From contig JAQGDQ010000025.1 in NCBI GenBank assembly GCA_030141605.1, forward strand, positions 62,001 through 126,000: a stretch of 64,000 nt of DNA, read 5' to 3'. The stretch is from Tubiluchus corallicola. Its lineage: Eukaryota; Animalia; Priapulida. Under the pieces are notes generated by a model, which was not told where the DNA came from, made no database searches, and was given only the letters and a program-made list of their open reading frames with translations. The position numbers and the translations under genes are program-made. Position 1 is the first letter of the stretch, and each line of letters begins with the position of its first letter. Positions 60,366 to 64,000 of the stretch are shown here, piece by piece.

Positions 60366-63004
60366 TCACGATGCATTGTTCAACAGTACGTCCTCGCCGA
60401 TGATGTCTTGCAGCTGTTCTCTGTAAAACAATGTTCTATTATGGCTATTCTGTTCTTTTCTGAATACAAGTGTCAAACTCTTATAATGTGGTGAGGTGCT
60501 AAGAACGTGAAGAAAAAAATAAACACAATGAATGGAAAGAAATTTGTACACTAGGTGTGTGAACATTAGCAGGCAACTTGAATGATAAACTACATGATTT
60601 TTATGTTAATCTTAGTGACATCTTCAGTTTACTTAAACTGCTTTGCCGTTAGTACTGAATAAGAAAATGAAGCAGTAATAATAAACAGTTTGTTTCGGGG
60701 ACACTTTTCTACAAAACGTTTGGTTTTACAGTTGACTTTTATAAGTAGTGGGAGATTTTGTCTCTACGTCTAATTCTGGTTATCAGGTTGATTTTCTAAG
60801 GTAGTGTGCTGCGCTATCGCTGCAGGTGTTGAAGCAAAGGTGCAACCACACAAGTACTACAAGCAATAAAGAAACAGGTTGTAGTTACTAGAAATGCTGT
60901 ACACAGTCAAAATCTCTGTAATAGTAATCTGAATGAAATATTTTTAGTGTTAAAATCATCACAATAGTCGCACATAATACTGAACAATAGGACTAACTAT
61001 TACAGTGACCTAGGATGTGCAGGTCATTAATATCAACCTTAAATGTCATGGTCAAAACTCACAACAGCAATTTCAAAGCATTTCTACATTTCATTAATAA
61101 AATCACTATAATGACATTAAAATGGACAGTGATACTTGATAGAGAAAAAAAGGCAAAACAATGAAAATCAAATCCAATGACAAAAAGCAGCTGGTGCTAG
61201 AACTTCACTTACAGTGCATTTACTAATTGCTGGTTAGCTAAGAATTTTACTTTGACATACAGAAATTATGTTGTCAAAAAATACCAACCTTTGCCCATCT
61301 GTAATAGGAAGCTCATTCATAACTCGCTGTGCGAATGTTATTGTTCCAGGATAACCAATCTCAATGCTAACGCTAATGCACTTCTAAAGATAACAATTAT
61401 TACAATTAATGACGTGGCAAATCAGAAACTTCACTCAAAACTTAAACTGGCTTTCTCAAATTTAAATTATGTACAGTTTCATATTTGCCCCAAAAGTTCC
61501 ATCTGGCATGTAAAGAAATAAGCTTTACAGTAGGCCTGAAAGGTCTTGGAAGGATGTGATCTGTTAACCATATTTGGATGCACATATAAACTTGCTCAAC
61601 TGGCAGTTTGGCAAATAAAAACACCAATAAGCAGCTTTCCAGGTCACTTATGCATTTACTCAGTAGACTTGGCATTGTTTAGCTTTGTTAATTAAGCACA
61701 CATTGTAATTACTCCTAAACTTGTTGTCTGGAAGGTGCAAAACATGTCGACAACCACTTCGTTGCTAATTCTTACCCCAATTAGACATTGAAACTGAAGA
61801 ATAAAGTTTGCCAATTTTAATATCGTTACTTTATTGCTGATGTAATTTTTCAACTAAAAAAACCAACTAAACTAGAATGGTAATCGGCAGAGCGCAGACC
61901 TGCGGTAGGGCAAGAGCAAATCATTTTCATATCATCTGATTTATGAGATGCCTTCTTGTTTTTTGTAATTTTTCTGCTGTTGTGAACTCTAATGTCAGTG
62001 ACGTCAATAAAATTCTCTTTTCTTTCACATTTCTTAATTGATCATTTTTCAAATATAAAGAGATATTCGTTCTCATGCCCCTTCCCTCTAGAACGTTTCA
62101 TGGAAATAGGTGAAGTAGTTTTTGCGTAAGTGTATTAACTAACGAAATAACAAACCAACAGCAGTGAAAACATAATGTCTTTGGCGAAGGTAATAAGAAT
62201 GTCTCATTAAAATATCACAAAAATCGCATATCTTACAAACATTAAAAAATCTTATACCTTCAATGATTCTCTATAATAATACAGGTTAATTTATTATATT
62301 TGACCATCAAAATTGTGAACTTACGATTGCTTTCTTTGTATTCTCTTGTTCTATGCATGATGTTAACAATTCCTCCATCACAGCTTCACTGCAAATAAGT
62401 TTAACAAGGCTAACATGTTTAGTGCAATTATTTACTTGATTTTTATTGATTTTTATTCAGCCATTTAATTATTTTTAGCGCTTTTAGTACATGGCAACTG
62501 CTTACATTTGGTTTATAAATACAACAACAATTCAAGATTCATATCATATGATTAGCTAGCAAATCACTATTTGCCTGTAAAAAAAGCAGGACAAGCTACC
62601 GAGAAACTAATCATGGCAGTAAATCAAAGCACTCAAGGTAAGTATTTAGTGCAGAAAATCTCATTTCAAATAATTTGCTGACACTGCAAACAAAGTTGGA
62701 AAAAGATAATAGTGCATGTTGCTAATAAAACAGGAGTTAATGTTTCATTAGAAAATTAAAAGCATTTTTAAGTTCTACAGTCTTGTAGTTGCAAATAAAT
62801 TCCTATACTTGATAATGATATCTGATACAATACCAAAATACAGTGAATTTAAGAAAGTACAATAAATAATATTCAAAATACCTTGGGAAACCTAAAATTT
62901 GGTTTTGTTGAGTGTCCAGCTTTTCCAACATTTCCCAAGCTTTGTCATGCCAATCAGCTCTCAAACAAGTGATCAGCACATTACCAACCATTTCTCCTGT
63001 CCAC
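60366..63004 (-). CDS. PTCD3: Pentatricopeptide repeat domain-containing protein 3 (mitoribosomal mS39), last four coding exons; 5' end beyond the window
   Basis: Exons (minus) 63004-62882, 62388-62325, 61383-61289, 60420-60366 join in frame: WTGEMVGNVLITCLRADWHDKAWEML...ILGFPSEAVMEELLTSCIEQENTKKAIKCISVSIEIGYP..FAQRVMNELPITDGQREQL, resembling the PTCD3 C-terminus. Confidence 0.75.
61871..62196 (+). mobile_element. Helentron-associated (HINE/DINE-1-like) non-autonomous element
   Basis: Begins actagaatgg...gagcgcagacct and ends with an (AACA)-like repeat plus gaaaacataatgtctttggcgaaggtaat; degenerate subterminal inverted repeats. Confidence 0.5.
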
Positions 63005-64000
63005 CTGCAGTTCATAAAACAGAGTCATAAGATGCTCCTTCTGATCAAAGATGGCACAGTTGTACTTGCATAACAAAGTAAATTTATCTTGAAAAATCAC
63101 AACATAAAAAATAACTAAAAAATACTCTTCTGTTGGAATGGATACATTCAATAGCAGTAAACTATGGTAACCACCAACCACAGGACAGAAACCACCAATT
63201 TCACAGAATTTGATGTTATTGCGATGTTAATATTAACAGTTGATATTTCTTAAATGAACTTGTTAGCCAAACATATTTTCATGCAGTTGTCCAGACAGTT
63301 TTGTGTAGATTTATGCATTTTAACTAGACTGAAAAGTCAGTTTTAAAATTCCACACATTTTCAATTTCAACCAGCTTTACAATCCCTCTTATGTTGCGAT
63401 GCGATCCAGAACACTATGGTGCACCAACTCTTTCCCGTGGAATTATGCAATGCCATGTATAAACTTTAATATATTTGAAAAACTTGTGCATTATAGGTTA
63501 TTGACAGCAGCATGCCACAACGTTGCTACAAGTATAAACAAATTTTGAAACAATTTGTAGGAAACTTCCACACATTACTGATGCACATTATTAAAACGTT
63601 TTGAACGAGTCAGTAAACGGACTACCAAGTGACCTATACTTAAGTAGTTTTTCTACTTAATAGTTTCCTCTAACATTATACAGACATCACAGTGCCAATC
63701 AAACACTGCCAATTTTTGTTTGGAAATGCACATATTTTGCATTGTGAATTAAAAGTTGTACATCAAAAATATTACATTTGTCTTAAATCATTTGTCTTTT
63801 AACACAACTTAATTATAGACTCTACCAATTTTTCTCGTCCAAAATAACTCTTATAAAGCAAGTATTTTGAATGAACAGAGAACAACAAGTTAATCAGTTC
63901 AATGAAATGTCATCTATGCTTATTTATTACAAGTTAATAGGCTCTATACAAAACTTTATGTTGTCAATTTACGTAGAAGTTTGCATTAGTACATGCCCAG

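Overview
AT-rich, intron-containing animal genomic DNA, probably a protostome invertebrate; it is not prokaryotic. Eight protein-coding genes were reconstructed by hand from splice signals and protein motifs. (1) The 3' part of a large multi-PDZ scaffold gene (+, 1146-15435). (2) An intronless type-I membrane protein ORF nested on the same strand inside an intron of that gene (9861-10484). (3) A secreted amidase-type peptidoglycan recognition protein with two N-terminal 6-Cys beta-defensin-like modules (+, 19133-25626). (4) WDR54 (-). (5) ARL14EP (+), head-to-head with WDR54. (6) Acetoacetyl-CoA synthetase with an intronless CDS (-). (7) An SLC22-family transporter (+). (8) The 3' end of PTCD3 (-). 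Introns and intergenic DNA hold long microsatellites, hAT, Tc1/pogo and Harbinger-like MITEs, LINE relics, two inverted-repeat elements with hammerhead-ribozyme-like cores, and a collinear local duplication bracketing AACS. Top candidates for novelty are the defensin-module/PGRP fusion, the nested orphan receptor-like gene and the hammerhead-like pair downstream of WDR54. All family calls come from motif recognition only; no database searches were run.
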